Shown here piece by piece: positions 40,264 to 49,772 of a stretch of DNA of 64,000 nucleotides. The DNA is taken from the IMG/VR virus record IMGVR_UViG_3300024262_000018, positions 1-64,000 of that record; one strand, 5' to 3'. The DNA comes from a virus. The first letter of the stretch is position 1, and each line of letters starts with the position of its first letter. A program made the position numbers and the translations under genes. The notes below the pieces were generated by a model. It did no database searches and was not told where the DNA came from. It worked only from the letters and a program-made list of their open reading frames with translations.

Positions 40264-41067
40264 TTAGAATTTGTCGCCCAGAGCCTTATCTATAGCCCGA
40301 AGCTCCTCTAATTCTTCCTCTTTATCTTCCGCTGATAATTCATCCTGTTCAGATTTTAAATCCTGGTCTAGTCTCTGTGGATCGAAATCTTTAGTAGGAT
40401 CAAATTGTCCTAATATTCTTATTTTTCCAGAGTTGATGTCTAAAACTATCTGCTCCTCTTTCTTCGTTAATTCGCGGCGTTGATCAGAAGCCTTTCTAAA
40501 AATCGAATATAATAAGGCGTCAGCATCTTTTAATTGAGACAGAGTAGATGCTGCCATTTTATTAACTTTCTCAAACTCTTCTCTAGTCTTATAATTAGAT
40601 ACAAGTTGACTTTTACTATCATTGCTGACGATAACTGTCTTTTCTCCCAGCATTTGAGAACCAACTCCCTTATCCCAAAAACTAGTATCTCTTTCTTCCT
40701 TGTTATTCTCTGATTTAATTTTTTCTGCTAATTTATTATCATTTTCTATACTATAGTCCATTAGTGGGGTTTTATTCATCTTATCACTTCTAACATCCAT
40801 GCCATTAATAGGTTTAATGTCGCTTTTATTCATTTCTGCTTCAGTTATTCCCACATCATCCTTAGAAGTGCGAACATCTGCTAGTATAGACTCATAAAGA
40901 GCATCTCCGGCAGGATCTTTGTGACCGGCCTTAAGACGATAAGCATAACTACCAGAATCATCAATTGACTCTGTTCCAAATTCTTTATTTTTGTTAATAA
41001 TCTGTTTTTCTAAAGCGACAAGATCTTTCGAACTAGACATTTTTTTTAGATTAAATTTTTGAACCAT
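40264..41067 (-). CDS. probable internal head protein
   Basis: KFNLKKMS N-terminus; SD AGGAG. Confidence 0.7.
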   Translation of the reverse strand: MVQKFNLKKMSSSKDLVALEKQIINKNKEFGTESIDDSGSYAYRLKAGHKDPAGDALYESILADVRTSKDDVGITEAEMNKSDIKPINGMDVRSDKMNKTPLMDYSIENDNKLAEKIKSENNKEERDTSFWDKGVGSQMLGEKTVIVSNDSKSQLVSNYKTREEFEKVNKMAASTLSQLKDADALLYSIFRKASDQRRELTKKEEQIVLDINSGKIRILGQFDPTKDFDPQRLDQDLKSEQDELSAEDKEEELEELRAIDKALGDKF

Positions 41068-41142
41068 TACAATTCTCCTGCATTTAGTTAATTTAACTTA
41101 TACCATTCTCGCCAATTACCTTTTATTTTTTCATTTTAAAAT

Positions 41143-43050
41143 CTATCTTCTTCTACTATTGGGCCAGGAATTGAGTCTTTCTAGATTTTGGGATACTTGT
41201 TGTCCTGTGCCATAGCCTATAGGCCCGCTCATAGAGTTCCACATTCTACTATTAACGCTACCCGCTGTTCCCATATCTATAACTTGACCATTCGGTAGTC
41301 TTTTAACAGCAAAAGAAATCGAGTTATAACAGGCACCGGCGAGACTGTCAACTACATCGTCCGTCGAGACTTCTCCTTCCCTTTTCGGGAAAACAGAATA
41401 ACCAGAAGGAGGCATAAACTTTCTTTGAAGATTAAACATCTCATCTCTCAATAACGCATAAGGAGGGATTTTTAATCTCCCAGAAATGACCAAATTATAT
41501 AATTCATCATATATAGTCATTTTATATTTTTTGCTATAATGAGTGCATTTTGCGGGAATACCAAATTTTCTCAGTTTATTAATGCTGGCTGTACTATTCC
41601 AGATATCATAAGTAATAACCCCAAAATAGAATTTCTTGCGTAACCCAATAACATAATCATCAATAACCTCAGTGTTAATGGGCTGATCCGGCGTAGGATG
41701 CCAATGTTTAATATGGTCAACTACAATGTTAAAATCATTTTTAGATGTTTTTTTATTAAAAAACACTTCTCTATGAACTACAACCAAGGAGTAGTTGTGG
41801 CTGGAAGTCGCGGGGTCTAAATGGGCAAAATAAACGACTCCCGCTTTCCCCATTTTCTCTATCTTGTGGCCAGGCTTAAAACAGTCTTCCACACAATGCC
41901 TTGGGAAGAAGTTCTCTCCACCCATTCCAGAGAATTCAGCCCCGAATTCCATCATAAACTGAACCTCTGTCATATGGCTATTAGTCTCTCTTAAAGATTC
42001 CTCTGTTAGTTCTGGAACAACAGCCCATGTCGGCAATCTACAGGCTAAACGAGATTCTACTTTTGGGGCTTCTTTATAAATTTCATAAAAAATACCGTCC
42101 TCACCTCTGGGAGAAGAGATACTAATAATCTTACTATCATATACTATTCTAGTTTTAGGCTCACCATCATCACCCAAGACTTCAACGCCATTTGCGTCTA
42201 AAACCTTTACAACTCTTTTATATGTGTTAAGAGAGGGAGACATGCTCGTATAAATACGCTCGCCAGATGAAGATCCGCCAGTTTTTTTATAAGATGCAAC
42301 TTCGTCAAGAATCAAAACAAATACACCCTTACCCAAAAGTGAGTCAGAGTTGCTATGCCCAACCTCTATCAATATAGATCCCTTTTTAGGCATTAATTTT
42401 CGTTCGAGTAAATCTTTATTTTCTATTCTATCACTTTGAGTCAAAAGATATATTTTAGATGTTTCCAAACCTTCTGGCATCATCTTATCTTTAAAATATC
42501 TGCTTCCTAATATTCTATCTTTAATTTCTTTAAATGCTGTATCCGCCTGGTCTTTTGCTGTTGCGACTGTTAGAATATTAATTGTAGCGGCAGAAGAAAT
42601 ACCATAAACGGCATATGGATCACCACCGGGACATTCTAACAACTTCATTGCTTCATATGTCGCAATTAGAGACCCGACGAAGTCTTTTCCAGCTCGTCTT
42701 CCCCAAACCAGAACAAGTTCTCTAAAAATATTGTTATCATAATATTTATTTAATGCATCCCCTCGATCACCATCAAATAAACCGTGATCCTTACACAGTT
42801 TAATCTCTTCTTTTGTTAATGATATATGTTCATTGCCAACAGACCCTCTATAGAATATCTTTAAAATTATTTCTTGAAATGGTCGTAATATTATACCTCG
42901 CTCTAATAAATTAAGATAATCAGGGCTATTGCAAAAAGTTATTATATCTGGAATATATTTTTTTTTACCTATATCGGTAGTCTCATTTTCCATGTCACTT
43001 TTCATCTGAGAGATGATATCAGAGATATTTGTATATTTTTTTCTCGGCAT
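41143..43050 (-). CDS. terL: terminase large subunit
   Basis: LVWGRRAGKD (Walker A), VLILDE (Walker B), ISSPRG, AHLDPA and DDVVD nuclease aspartates. Confidence 0.92.
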   Translation of the reverse strand: MPRKKYTNISDIISQMKSDMENETTDIGKKKYIPDIITFCNSPDYLNLLERGIILRPFQEIILKIFYRGSVGNEHISLTKEEIKLCKDHGLFDGDRGDALNKYYDNNIFRELVLVWGRRAGKDFVGSLIATYEAMKLLECPGGDPYAVYGISSAATINILTVATAKDQADTAFKEIKDRILGSRYFKDKMMPEGLETSKIYLLTQSDRIENKDLLERKLMPKKGSILIEVGHSNSDSLLGKGVFVLILDEVASYKKTGGSSSGERIYTSMSPSLNTYKRVVKVLDANGVEVLGDDGEPKTRIVYDSKIISISSPRGEDGIFYEIYKEAPKVESRLACRLPTWAVVPELTEESLRETNSHMTEVQFMMEFGAEFSGMGGENFFPRHCVEDCFKPGHKIEKMGKAGVVYFAHLDPATSSHNYSLVVVHREVFFNKKTSKNDFNIVVDHIKHWHPTPDQPINTEVIDDYVIGLRKKFYFGVITYDIWNSTASINKLRKFGIPAKCTHYSKKYKMTIYDELYNLVISGRLKIPPYALLRDEMFNLQRKFMPPSGYSVFPKREGEVSTDDVVDSLAGACYNSISFAVKRLPNGQVIDMGTAGSVNSRMWNSMSGPIGYGTGQQVSQNLERLNSWPNSRRR

Positions 43051-43080
43051 TGTTGTCCTTTCGTTAGACCCCGAAACAAA

Positions 43081-45333
43081 TTATGCCTCTTCTTTTCTTA
43101 CGGCATTTAAATAGGCAACCAGTTGTGTATAATCTTTTGGGAGAAATGTCGAATACATCGCCCCATCATAGTTATAAGGTTGTGCGTAAGCCACCCATTC
43201 CTCCTCAAAATCAGTATCAAGCGAGTCATAAAAACCTGCTAATATTTGCCTGTGACCAATACCTCGGAAAAACTGAATAGCACGCTCCCATCGAGGTAAA
43301 CCTCCAGCGTCTAGATTATCATCCTCATCCACAACTTGTTTTTGTCTGTTCCAGTTTATTATTTTCATAGATGCATCAAGACCGAGCCAAGAACCATAAA
43401 ACGAACCAGGATTCATGTACCACGCACCAACCGCTCTCGCGTTATGGTACGGATCGAAAGAGTCGCTCCATGTGGAAACAGTTTTAGATGGATCAGACAA
43501 TTGTATAATATTAAAAATACTAGCAATAAAATCAGCCAATTGCTGTCCCTGTGTCCCAAGGCTCGTACAGGCTGGATCCCAGCCGGACAAACGGATCTCA
43601 TCTGCCATGATAGAGTACTCATCCGGATCCCATTGATTACGCAGCTCTGTCATAATGGTTGACAGCCTAGCTCTATAAACTGTATCACTATAGCAGGGTC
43701 GCCAAGCCCCCCTGTAAAAACCGATATGATAGTAGGAACAAAGAACGACATCATCTGTGCTTAAAGCTGAGCCAACCTTGTTCATTTCAGGGACAGGAGT
43801 ATGCCATATCGAGCCATAGGGCATTGCGGTTCGAATGTTAATATCTTCTGCATTCTCAAAATCAACACCTTCCGTATACGTCGTGAGCCCATCTTCTGAG
43901 GTCATTATAAAAGGTGTATTATCTCGCCGGAGAACGTTCATTATGCCGGCGGGGGCAAATACTAATGTATCGAAGTCAATCGAACCAACCGTGGCGGAGG
44001 TTGATGGAGAAATATAAAAATAAATCTTCTCCGATTCCTGAGTATTAAATGTGAGGTTAATTTCTGTCCAATCCGCGTTAACGCTCTGTTGATAGTTTTG
44101 GAAGGTATATGTGGGGTATTCAACGCCGTCTACCGTACGCCACCCAATAGTAGTAACGCGAATAGTAGAATCATCATAATCTACACTGGCTTTTACGCGA
44201 AATGATACATGAACATAAGTGTGTTCTGTAGGGTCTAACACGCCAACATACCAGGGTGAATCGCCTACAGCGATATTCGTGTTTCCGGCTGGAACGACTG
44301 CATTAAAACGAATATCCAAATCATTCGGATCTGGTACGATAGAACCATCACCTTGCACGATAAACCGCATCTCAGTCGCAGGCATCCCCTCCGCTATAAC
44401 CTCCGCAGACTCGCCATCGGTGTAATAGTTGTCAGTGTAATTACTTGGATTCATACATCCTAACACGAACGTCATGCCAATTTCCCGTGCGTGTTCGCGT
44501 ATCGCAGTCATGCGAGCCAAACTAGCCTCCGACCACTGCTCAATAAACGCCCACCAACTAAATGCGAAAAACACACCTGTGTAACCAGCAGCCAACGCTG
44601 CATCCATAATAGCTATCTGCTCAGTATCATCCCCTTCGTCCTGGCACGAACTACCAGCGAACACCCAATGATTATAATTCCTTAAAATAGGAGAAAGATA
44701 TATATTAAATATAAAAGAAGAAAAACCCATCCATGTTATATAAAAAGTATATGCTCCCACAGTTCTTGTTATAGAATCTCCAATATTTAAAAATGTATAT
44801 TCTCCCGATCCACCAAAATCCCAAACAAACTGATCGTCAGATATCGCTACAGTAAAAGAATTACCATAAACTATAACAGTAGCCGTTGTAAGACCACCGA
44901 TTAAATTAAATTTAATACTTACGTCACTCTCAACAGTATAAGTAGATCCAGCATCTAATATAACATATTCTATATTTTCATCATCTATGGTAAAACCCAA
45001 TCTGTCAGAGAATAAAGCGAAATAATATCCAACCCGGATATCGTTATCTTTGAGATAGGCGTTTAAGTCCCCGTAGCTATTAATAATCCTCTGCTGCAAT
45101 GCTGTGATTACTCTATCTACGGTAGCATATCTATTGATAAAAACAGCGTCATTATTATTGATAGACCTCGAAATCTCATTTTTTAGACTTATAACGGTTG
45201 GGTCATTAACGGGGGCTGCTAAATAAGAAGACGTATTATACATTAACGACTCTATATCATTAATTATATATTCGGACTCTATAATAGAGGATAAGTAGTC
45301 GCTATAATCTTGGTATATCTCTGGAGTAATCAT
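43081..45333 (-). CDS. chimeric protein: phage N-terminal module fused to a glycoside-hydrolase-like TIM barrel with inserted beta-sandwich
   Basis: NVLRRDNTP, IMADEIR, WSDSFDPYHNA, IINWN, GHRQILAGFYD, GAMYSTF; higher GC over about 43330-44670. Confidence 0.6.
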   Translation of the reverse strand: MITPEIYQDYSDYLSSIIESEYIINDIESLMYNTSSYLAAPVNDPTVISLKNEISRSINNNDAVFINRYATVDRVITALQQRIINSYGDLNAYLKDNDIRVGYYFALFSDRLGFTIDDENIEYVILDAGSTYTVESDVSIKFNLIGGLTTATVIVYGNSFTVAISDDQFVWDFGGSGEYTFLNIGDSITRTVGAYTFYITWMGFSSFIFNIYLSPILRNYNHWVFAGSSCQDEGDDTEQIAIMDAALAAGYTGVFFAFSWWAFIEQWSEASLARMTAIREHAREIGMTFVLGCMNPSNYTDNYYTDGESAEVIAEGMPATEMRFIVQGDGSIVPDPNDLDIRFNAVVPAGNTNIAVGDSPWYVGVLDPTEHTYVHVSFRVKASVDYDDSTIRVTTIGWRTVDGVEYPTYTFQNYQQSVNADWTEINLTFNTQESEKIYFYISPSTSATVGSIDFDTLVFAPAGIMNVLRRDNTPFIMTSEDGLTTYTEGVDFENAEDINIRTAMPYGSIWHTPVPEMNKVGSALSTDDVVLCSYYHIGFYRGAWRPCYSDTVYRARLSTIMTELRNQWDPDEYSIMADEIRLSGWDPACTSLGTQGQQLADFIASIFNIIQLSDPSKTVSTWSDSFDPYHNARAVGAWYMNPGSFYGSWLGLDASMKIINWNRQKQVVDEDDNLDAGGLPRWERAIQFFRGIGHRQILAGFYDSLDTDFEEEWVAYAQPYNYDGAMYSTFLPKDYTQLVAYLNAVRKEEA

Positions 45334-46118
45334 GTATATATTATATCCGAAAAACGGCTGTAGTTATAATCTATCAAATCAGCCTTTTGCCTAATTCTAA
45401 AATAATATTCTTCTCCGCGAGTTAAATATTGCAGAGCGGAACTTTCATATTTTATCCTATATCCCGCAAAGACTGAACTAACACCGGCGGCCGGGACAGA
45501 CACAAATATGTTATCGGCATTTAGGTACTCCCATCCAGTCTGACTAGATTCTGAATCTAAAGAATATAGAATATTAGTAAAATTAACATCAGTAGCGACA
45601 TCTAATTCAAAATGATAAGAAACAGGTGACGAAATTTCATCAAGTATGTCCGTCTCAAAAGTCCAAAACCCTTCTGTATATAGATTATCCGAACTAACAT
45701 CAGTTAATAACTCCGACATGCCAACAAAAAAACTGCTAACCTTAAAGCCCGTATAATCTAGAAAATCTTCTAAATCAACAAGCCTCTCTTCATCATCCTG
45801 ATTTATTCTGGGGATTATTGTCCTAATGGCGTGTCGTAATAATAACTCAACATGTTTTGAGAATCTAGCAATTCGTCTTGCTTCTGAAGAGTCTAATGCC
45901 AAATCGTATGTTCCATATAATAAGGTTGTGGCAGAATCAATTTCGCTATCTGCGATGATTACATTTGTTACTGCGGAAGCGAAAAATTCTTTTCGCCAAT
46001 GATAAACTATATTCCTTGAGAGATAGTTATTTAAATAATTCCACAAAAGAAGTGTTTCCTGCAAAGTAGCAGGCGATGTAAAACTTTCAAAAATATCAGG
46101 TATCTCTGGAGCATTCAT
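45330..46118 (-). CDS. hypothetical virion protein with C-terminal FN3/Ig-like segment
   Basis: HFELDVATDVNF...LTRGEEYYFRIR. Confidence 0.6.
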   Translation of the reverse strand: MNAPEIPDIFESFTSPATLQETLLLWNYLNNYLSRNIVYHWRKEFFASAVTNVIIADSEIDSATTLLYGTYDLALDSSEARRIARFSKHVELLLRHAIRTIIPRINQDDEERLVDLEDFLDYTGFKVSSFFVGMSELLTDVSSDNLYTEGFWTFETDILDEISSPVSYHFELDVATDVNFTNILYSLDSESSQTGWEYLNADNIFVSVPAAGVSSVFAGYRIKYESSALQYLTRGEEYYFRIRQKADLIDYNYSRFSDIIYT

Positions 46119-46120
46119 AA

Positions 46121-46735
46121 CTAAATCTCTATTATATCGTTTTTAATATCTTTAATATTGTGAGTTGAGACATACCATCCTAATGGTATATTCGACAATA
46201 TCTTATTAAAATAATGATCATAAGCATTACACCATCTGTATTTCTTTTCTTCGTCTACCCGCGCTATTTTTTTTCTTAAGATGCCGGTCTCTTGTAGAGC
46301 GTATCTTTCTGCCTCTTCTTTTATCTCTTTCCACTCTTTTTCATCTTCTAGCAATGCTCCCCAATGAACTATTTCTCCTTTTTTTGCCGAAGCCCAATGA
46401 TCGATATTATAAGACGATATTTTTATAAACTCTTTAGTAAATTGGAAAGCGTCTGGATTGAACCCCTCTTCTTCTAATTGCGCTTTTTTAAGATTAAAAG
46501 GTAACGTAGATGGATCGGTTATAGATAGTAAATCTTCGTATTCGAAATCAGTTTGTGCTATTATGTCTAGATCTCGTATAGCACAATTAGGTTTATCTTT
46601 ATTTTTAGCATATGATCCCCAGATATAAAACTTATTGATTCCGCTTATATTATATAGGTCACTAGCCAAAGAAGATAAATTACTTTTAATATCTTTTACC
46701 TTTGGCATCGCTTTCTTATACCAGGAGTTGAACAT
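46121..46735 (-). CDS. minimal nucleotidyltransferase (Pol beta superfamily)
   Basis: YIWGSYA...RDLDII (GS + DxD). Confidence 0.75.
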   Translation of the reverse strand: MFNSWYKKAMPKVKDIKSNLSSLASDLYNISGINKFYIWGSYAKNKDKPNCAIRDLDIIAQTDFEYEDLLSITDPSTLPFNLKKAQLEEEGFNPDAFQFTKEFIKISSYNIDHWASAKKGEIVHWGALLEDEKEWKEIKEEAERYALQETGILRKKIARVDEEKKYRWCNAYDHYFNKILSNIPLGWYVSTHNIKDIKNDIIEI

Positions 46736-46777
46736 ATTTATCCTTTTTATCTTATTTCTTCCAAATATAATTGGGTA

Positions 46778-47170
46778 TTATACCCCGGCACGCCAATTTA
46801 GATTCAAATTTCCTCCATCAAAGAATACGATTATAAAATCTGTTGTTTGAGCCAATTGAATCGTTACTCTACCCGCTGCTGGCCAATATTTAGGAGATCC
46901 GGCATTGGCGACTCCGCTAGAAGAAACTTGAACATTTGAAGCCCCAGTATCTAACCAAAATTCAAAATAATCGCATCCATCATTAAAATCGATTTGTACG
47001 GCCCCAGCCACACATGGCGTTACACCCTCATCCACCATCGTAAAGCTTCCTTGAGTTGCCGCCTGCCCAGCCAATAGCTGCCTAAGAGCATATGTCATCT
47101 GATCTTGCTTTCCAATCGTCGCGGGCGAATTTGAATATAAATCTAAATCTGTATAATTAGTATCTACCAT
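46778..47170 (-). CDS. small probable virion protein
   Basis: probable start MVDTNY with SD AGGAG. Confidence 0.65.
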   Translation of the reverse strand: MVDTNYTDLDLYSNSPATIGKQDQMTYALRQLLAGQAATQGSFTMVDEGVTPCVAGAVQIDFNDGCDYFEFWLDTGASNVQVSSSGVANAGSPKYWPAAGRVTIQLAQTTDFIIVFFDGGNLNLNWRAGV

Positions 47171-47194
47171 AATTTTTCTCCTGTATCTATTTAT

Positions 47195-47218
47195 ATTCGT
47201 TTTTTTTAACAAAAACCT
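47195..47218 (-). promoter_or_regulatory. AGGT-N16-GAAT promoter-like motif heading the structural arm
   Basis: recurs as AGGA-N17/18-G(A/T)A(T/A) at 8258, 11193, 15368, 47701, 50111, 51694. Confidence 0.5.
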
Positions 47219-47284
47219 TTTTACAAAAAAAATATTAAAATTTTCCTAAATGGCTAAACCGAAAAAAATAATTTTATTTTTTTA

Positions 47285-47313
47285 TTGCTTTTTTTAAGCA
47301 TCATGACTATAAT
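47285..47313 (+). promoter_or_regulatory. sigma70-type promoter for the tRNA cluster
   Basis: TTGCTT-N17-TATAAT ending 5 nt before tRNA-Met. Confidence 0.75.
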
Positions 47314-47318
47314 GTTAT

Positions 47319-47392
47319 AGCGGTTGGGTGAAACAGATAATCATGCGAGCCTCATAAGTTCGAGATAGCAGGTGCAACTCCTGTAGCCGCAA
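47319..47392 (+). tRNA. tRNA-Met(CAT), initiator-like 1x72 mismatch, no encoded CCA
   Basis: AGCGGTT/AGCCGCA acceptor, CGAGC-CTCATAA-GTTCG anticodon arm, GCAGG-TGCAACT-CCTGT T arm. Confidence 0.85.
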
Positions 47393-47465
47393 TTTTACAA
47401 GGTTTGGAAATTTGCCATGAATAATAACATTATATTCTTCGACGCCCCAGCAAATGCCCAACCTG

Positions 47466-47514
47466 ATCCCGCGCAGATATAATCTATATCTTGCGGGATT
47501 CATTTCTTTTCTTT
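47466..47514 (+). terminator. terminator-like hairpin within the tRNA cluster
   Basis: ATCCCGC..AGATATA/TATATCT..GCGGGAT followed by pyrimidine tract. Confidence 0.55.
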
Positions 47515-47578
47515 CCTTAAAATGTTTTCCCGCGAGAATTCCCTGCGTTGTTTGAAAAGTTAATAAGAGTTTATATTA

Positions 47579-47652
47579 CGGAGTGTGGGCTAACGGCTGG
47601 CCGCCAGTTTTGGGAACTGGACATCGTGGAGGTTCGAATCCTCTCACTCCGA
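47579..47652 (+). tRNA. tRNA-Pro(TGG)
   Basis: CGGAGTG/CACTCCG, CCAGT-TTTGGGA-ACTGG, GGTTCGAATCC. Confidence 0.92.
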
Positions 47653-47758
47653 TTATAATGCAGTTCACGCCTCTTTTGGGTGAAAGTTCAAATACCCCAA
47701 AGGAATGTGTGAAAAATATACGAATATACTATAGAAACTTTTTATAAAGGAATATGGT

Positions 47759-48541
47759 ATGAAAGTGACATGTGACCAATGTAAAAAAGAATTTGAAAGA
47801 ACTGAAAGAAAAATAAGGATATATAAAACGCATTTTTGTAGTAGAAAATGCCATACTGATTATGTAAAACAGCACAGTACATATACTGAAGAAAAGTGTT
47901 CACATTGTGGAGAAAGTGTTTTCAGGAATAACGGCCAAAAAAAGAATAGTAAAACTGGCATTTATTTTTGTGGCAAGTTATGCCAAAATAGATATTTGGC
48001 AAAAAAATCAAAACTACACATAAATCCCTTTAGCCACCAAAGACGCAAAAAAAGAGTTCTTGAAAAGGCGAATTATACTTGTCAAAAATGCGGATACAAC
48101 AAAGACAAAAAAATGCTAGACATACACCATGCAGACAAAAATCATCACAACAATGCTTGGGACAATTTAAGATGTATATGTTCATGGTGTCATACCAAAC
48201 ATCATAGAAATGTTGAAGAAATAATCGGTCTTTTATCATTATTTGAAAGCACAATAGAACAAGAAAAAATTTTTACCAAAGAGAACAAAAGATATAGAAT
48301 ACCAGATGGACCCAAAAAGTCTGAACTAAATCCAAATTGGAGAAATTCTATTCGACCTAACCAAAGAAAAGTAGAACGTCCCTCTAAAGAAGAATTAGAG
48401 AAATTGGTTTGGGAAAAATCTACAGAAAAAATAGCAAAAGATTTGGGAGTTAGTGGAGTAGCAATAGCAAAATGGTGCAAAATATATGGAATAACAAAAC
48501 CGCCTAGAGGTTATTGGGCGAAAAGATACGCAGGAAAATAG
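47759..48541 (+). CDS. HNH homing endonuclease (Zn fingers, HNH, C-terminal HTH)
   Basis: CDQC..FCSRKC; CQKC...LDIHHADKNHHNN...NLRCICSWCH; IAKDLGVS...PPRGYWAK. Confidence 0.85.
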   Translation: MKVTCDQCKKEFERTERKIRIYKTHFCSRKCHTDYVKQHSTYTEEKCSHCGESVFRNNGQKKNSKTGIYFCGKLCQNRYLAKKSKLHINPFSHQRRKKRVLEKANYTCQKCGYNKDKKMLDIHHADKNHHNNAWDNLRCICSWCHTKHHRNVEEIIGLLSLFESTIEQEKIFTKENKRYRIPDGPKKSELNPNWRNSIRPNQRKVERPSKEELEKLVWEKSTEKIAKDLGVSGVAIAKWCKIYGITKPPRGYWAKRYAGK

Positions 48542-48546
48542 CATTC

Positions 48547-48617
48547 GGGGCCGTATTTCAACGGGAGAATATTTGTTTTGCACGCAGAAGATGTCAGTTC
48601 GATTCTGACCGGCTCCA
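48547..48617 (+). tRNA. tRNA-Ala(TGC)
   Basis: GGGGCCG/CGGCTCC with G3.U70; TTTGCAC loop. Confidence 0.9.
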
Positions 48618-48620
48618 TAA

Positions 48621-48693
48621 GGTCTTATAGTGTAATGGTTTATCACGCAAGATTGTCGATCTTGAGATCGGAGTTCAATTCTCCGTAAGACCG
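48621..48693 (+). tRNA. tRNA-Asp(GTC)
   Basis: GGTCTTA/TAAGACC, CAAGA-TTGTCGA-TCTTG. Confidence 0.92.
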
Positions 48694-48777
48694 TTTAACA
48701 AAGTGCATCTATTTCGCATATCGTGTAGAGGCGAAACTTAATTGGCAAGGTTGCCTCCGTTAAAAAGGAAGAACAAA

Positions 48778-48966
48778 ATGACTAGATACAAAGAAATTGA
48801 AGAAGCAATCAAAACAACAGAGAAAATGATATCAAGCATTGAATGTGATCGTAATTTCGATGGACCTGCGACTATTAAACAAATTTTAGAAAATCAAATA
48901 ATAATTATAAAATTACTTTATTATTCTAAAAACCAATCAACAACAACTATAGAGATGGAGGCATAA
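48778..48966 (+). CDS. hypothetical protein
   Basis: probable start MTRYKE after AAGGA. Confidence 0.55.
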   Translation: MTRYKEIEEAIKTTEKMISSIECDRNFDGPATIKQILENQIIIIKLLYYSKNQSTTTIEMEA

Positions 48967-48967
48967 T

Positions 48968-49201
48968 ATGAAACTTTATTTTTTAGATAAGTGGGGATGG
49001 CCTGTTGAAAGAATTAAAGGAAGATATGTTGTTAATTTTTTACGTCTTTTAATTTATACGCGAAAAATAGCAACAAAAAAGCAATGGGAGACGCGACTTA
49101 GTAAGCATATGAAAAGGATAAAAGCAGGCGAAGGAGGTTCATGCTCACAACAGGTAATAGAAACAGATAGTAAAAAAACGGAGGAGAAGCTCAATGGTTG
49201 A
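48968..49201 (+). CDS. hypothetical protein
   Basis: SD GGAGG. Confidence 0.6.
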   Translation: MKLYFLDKWGWPVERIKGRYVVNFLRLLIYTRKIATKKQWETRLSKHMKRIKAGEGGSCSQQVIETDSKKTEEKLNG

Positions 49202-49487
49202 TTTAGGACCAGTAGAAGAAGGATATCTAACTGAAAATGAAGCAAAAGCCCGTGCGCAGATTGATATTAAATATTATAAATTATATTGCATAAAAGAAAA
49301 AATAGTAAAAGATCTTCTGCTTAAAGTCGCATTAGAAAAAATGTTTAACGAAATAGAAACAAGTAACGAAGGGCGGCGATGGACGGAAGCAGAAATTAAA
49401 GAAAAATTAGATCAATTCGTCGGAGTAGAACTTTTATATTATTGGGAGAACAAATACGATGAAAGAGACTACATCGCTATCCATTGA
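49194..49487 (+). CDS. hypothetical protein
   Basis: coupled, SD GGAG. Confidence 0.6.
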   Translation: MVDLGPVEEGYLTENEAKARAQIDIKYYKLYCIKEKIVKDLLLKVALEKMFNEIETSNEGRRWTEAEIKEKLDQFVGVELLYYWENKYDERDYIAIH

Positions 49488-49505
49488 AGAAATGGAAAAT
49501 ATAAA

Positions 49506-49772
49506 ATGAAAATTAGCGGTCCCATACAAATATTTGAAACATATGACGAAGCCATTGATTTTTTATATAAACATATTAAAACATATGACTTATCTTATAT
49601 TTCAGAAGATATAAAAAAAGATATTTTACATGATGCGTCTGGACCTGTTCACTTTAATATTCTGCTTAGGCACACAGAGTGGGCATCAAGCGATATAAAA
49701 AATGAATGTGATAGACAAGTAGGCTGGAACCTCTTAAGATATTTAGAATGGAAAGCAAAAAATGAAAAATGA
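49506..49772 (+). CDS. hypothetical protein
   Basis: 88 aa. Confidence 0.6.
   Translation: MKISGPIQIFETYDEAIDFLYKHIKTYDLSYISEDIKKDILHDASGPVHFNILLRHTEWASSDIKNECDRQVGWNLLRYLEWKAKNEK

Noticed and set aside
418-46850. numerous plus-strand ORFs opposite the structural genes (and minus-strand ORFs after 47.3 kb)
   Set aside because: antisense shadows of long coding genes, low-complexity, no motifs
47417-47482. tmRNA tag reading frame (NNNIIFF resembles some tags)
   Set aside because: no tRNA-Ala-like ends around it and no terminal AA/LAA
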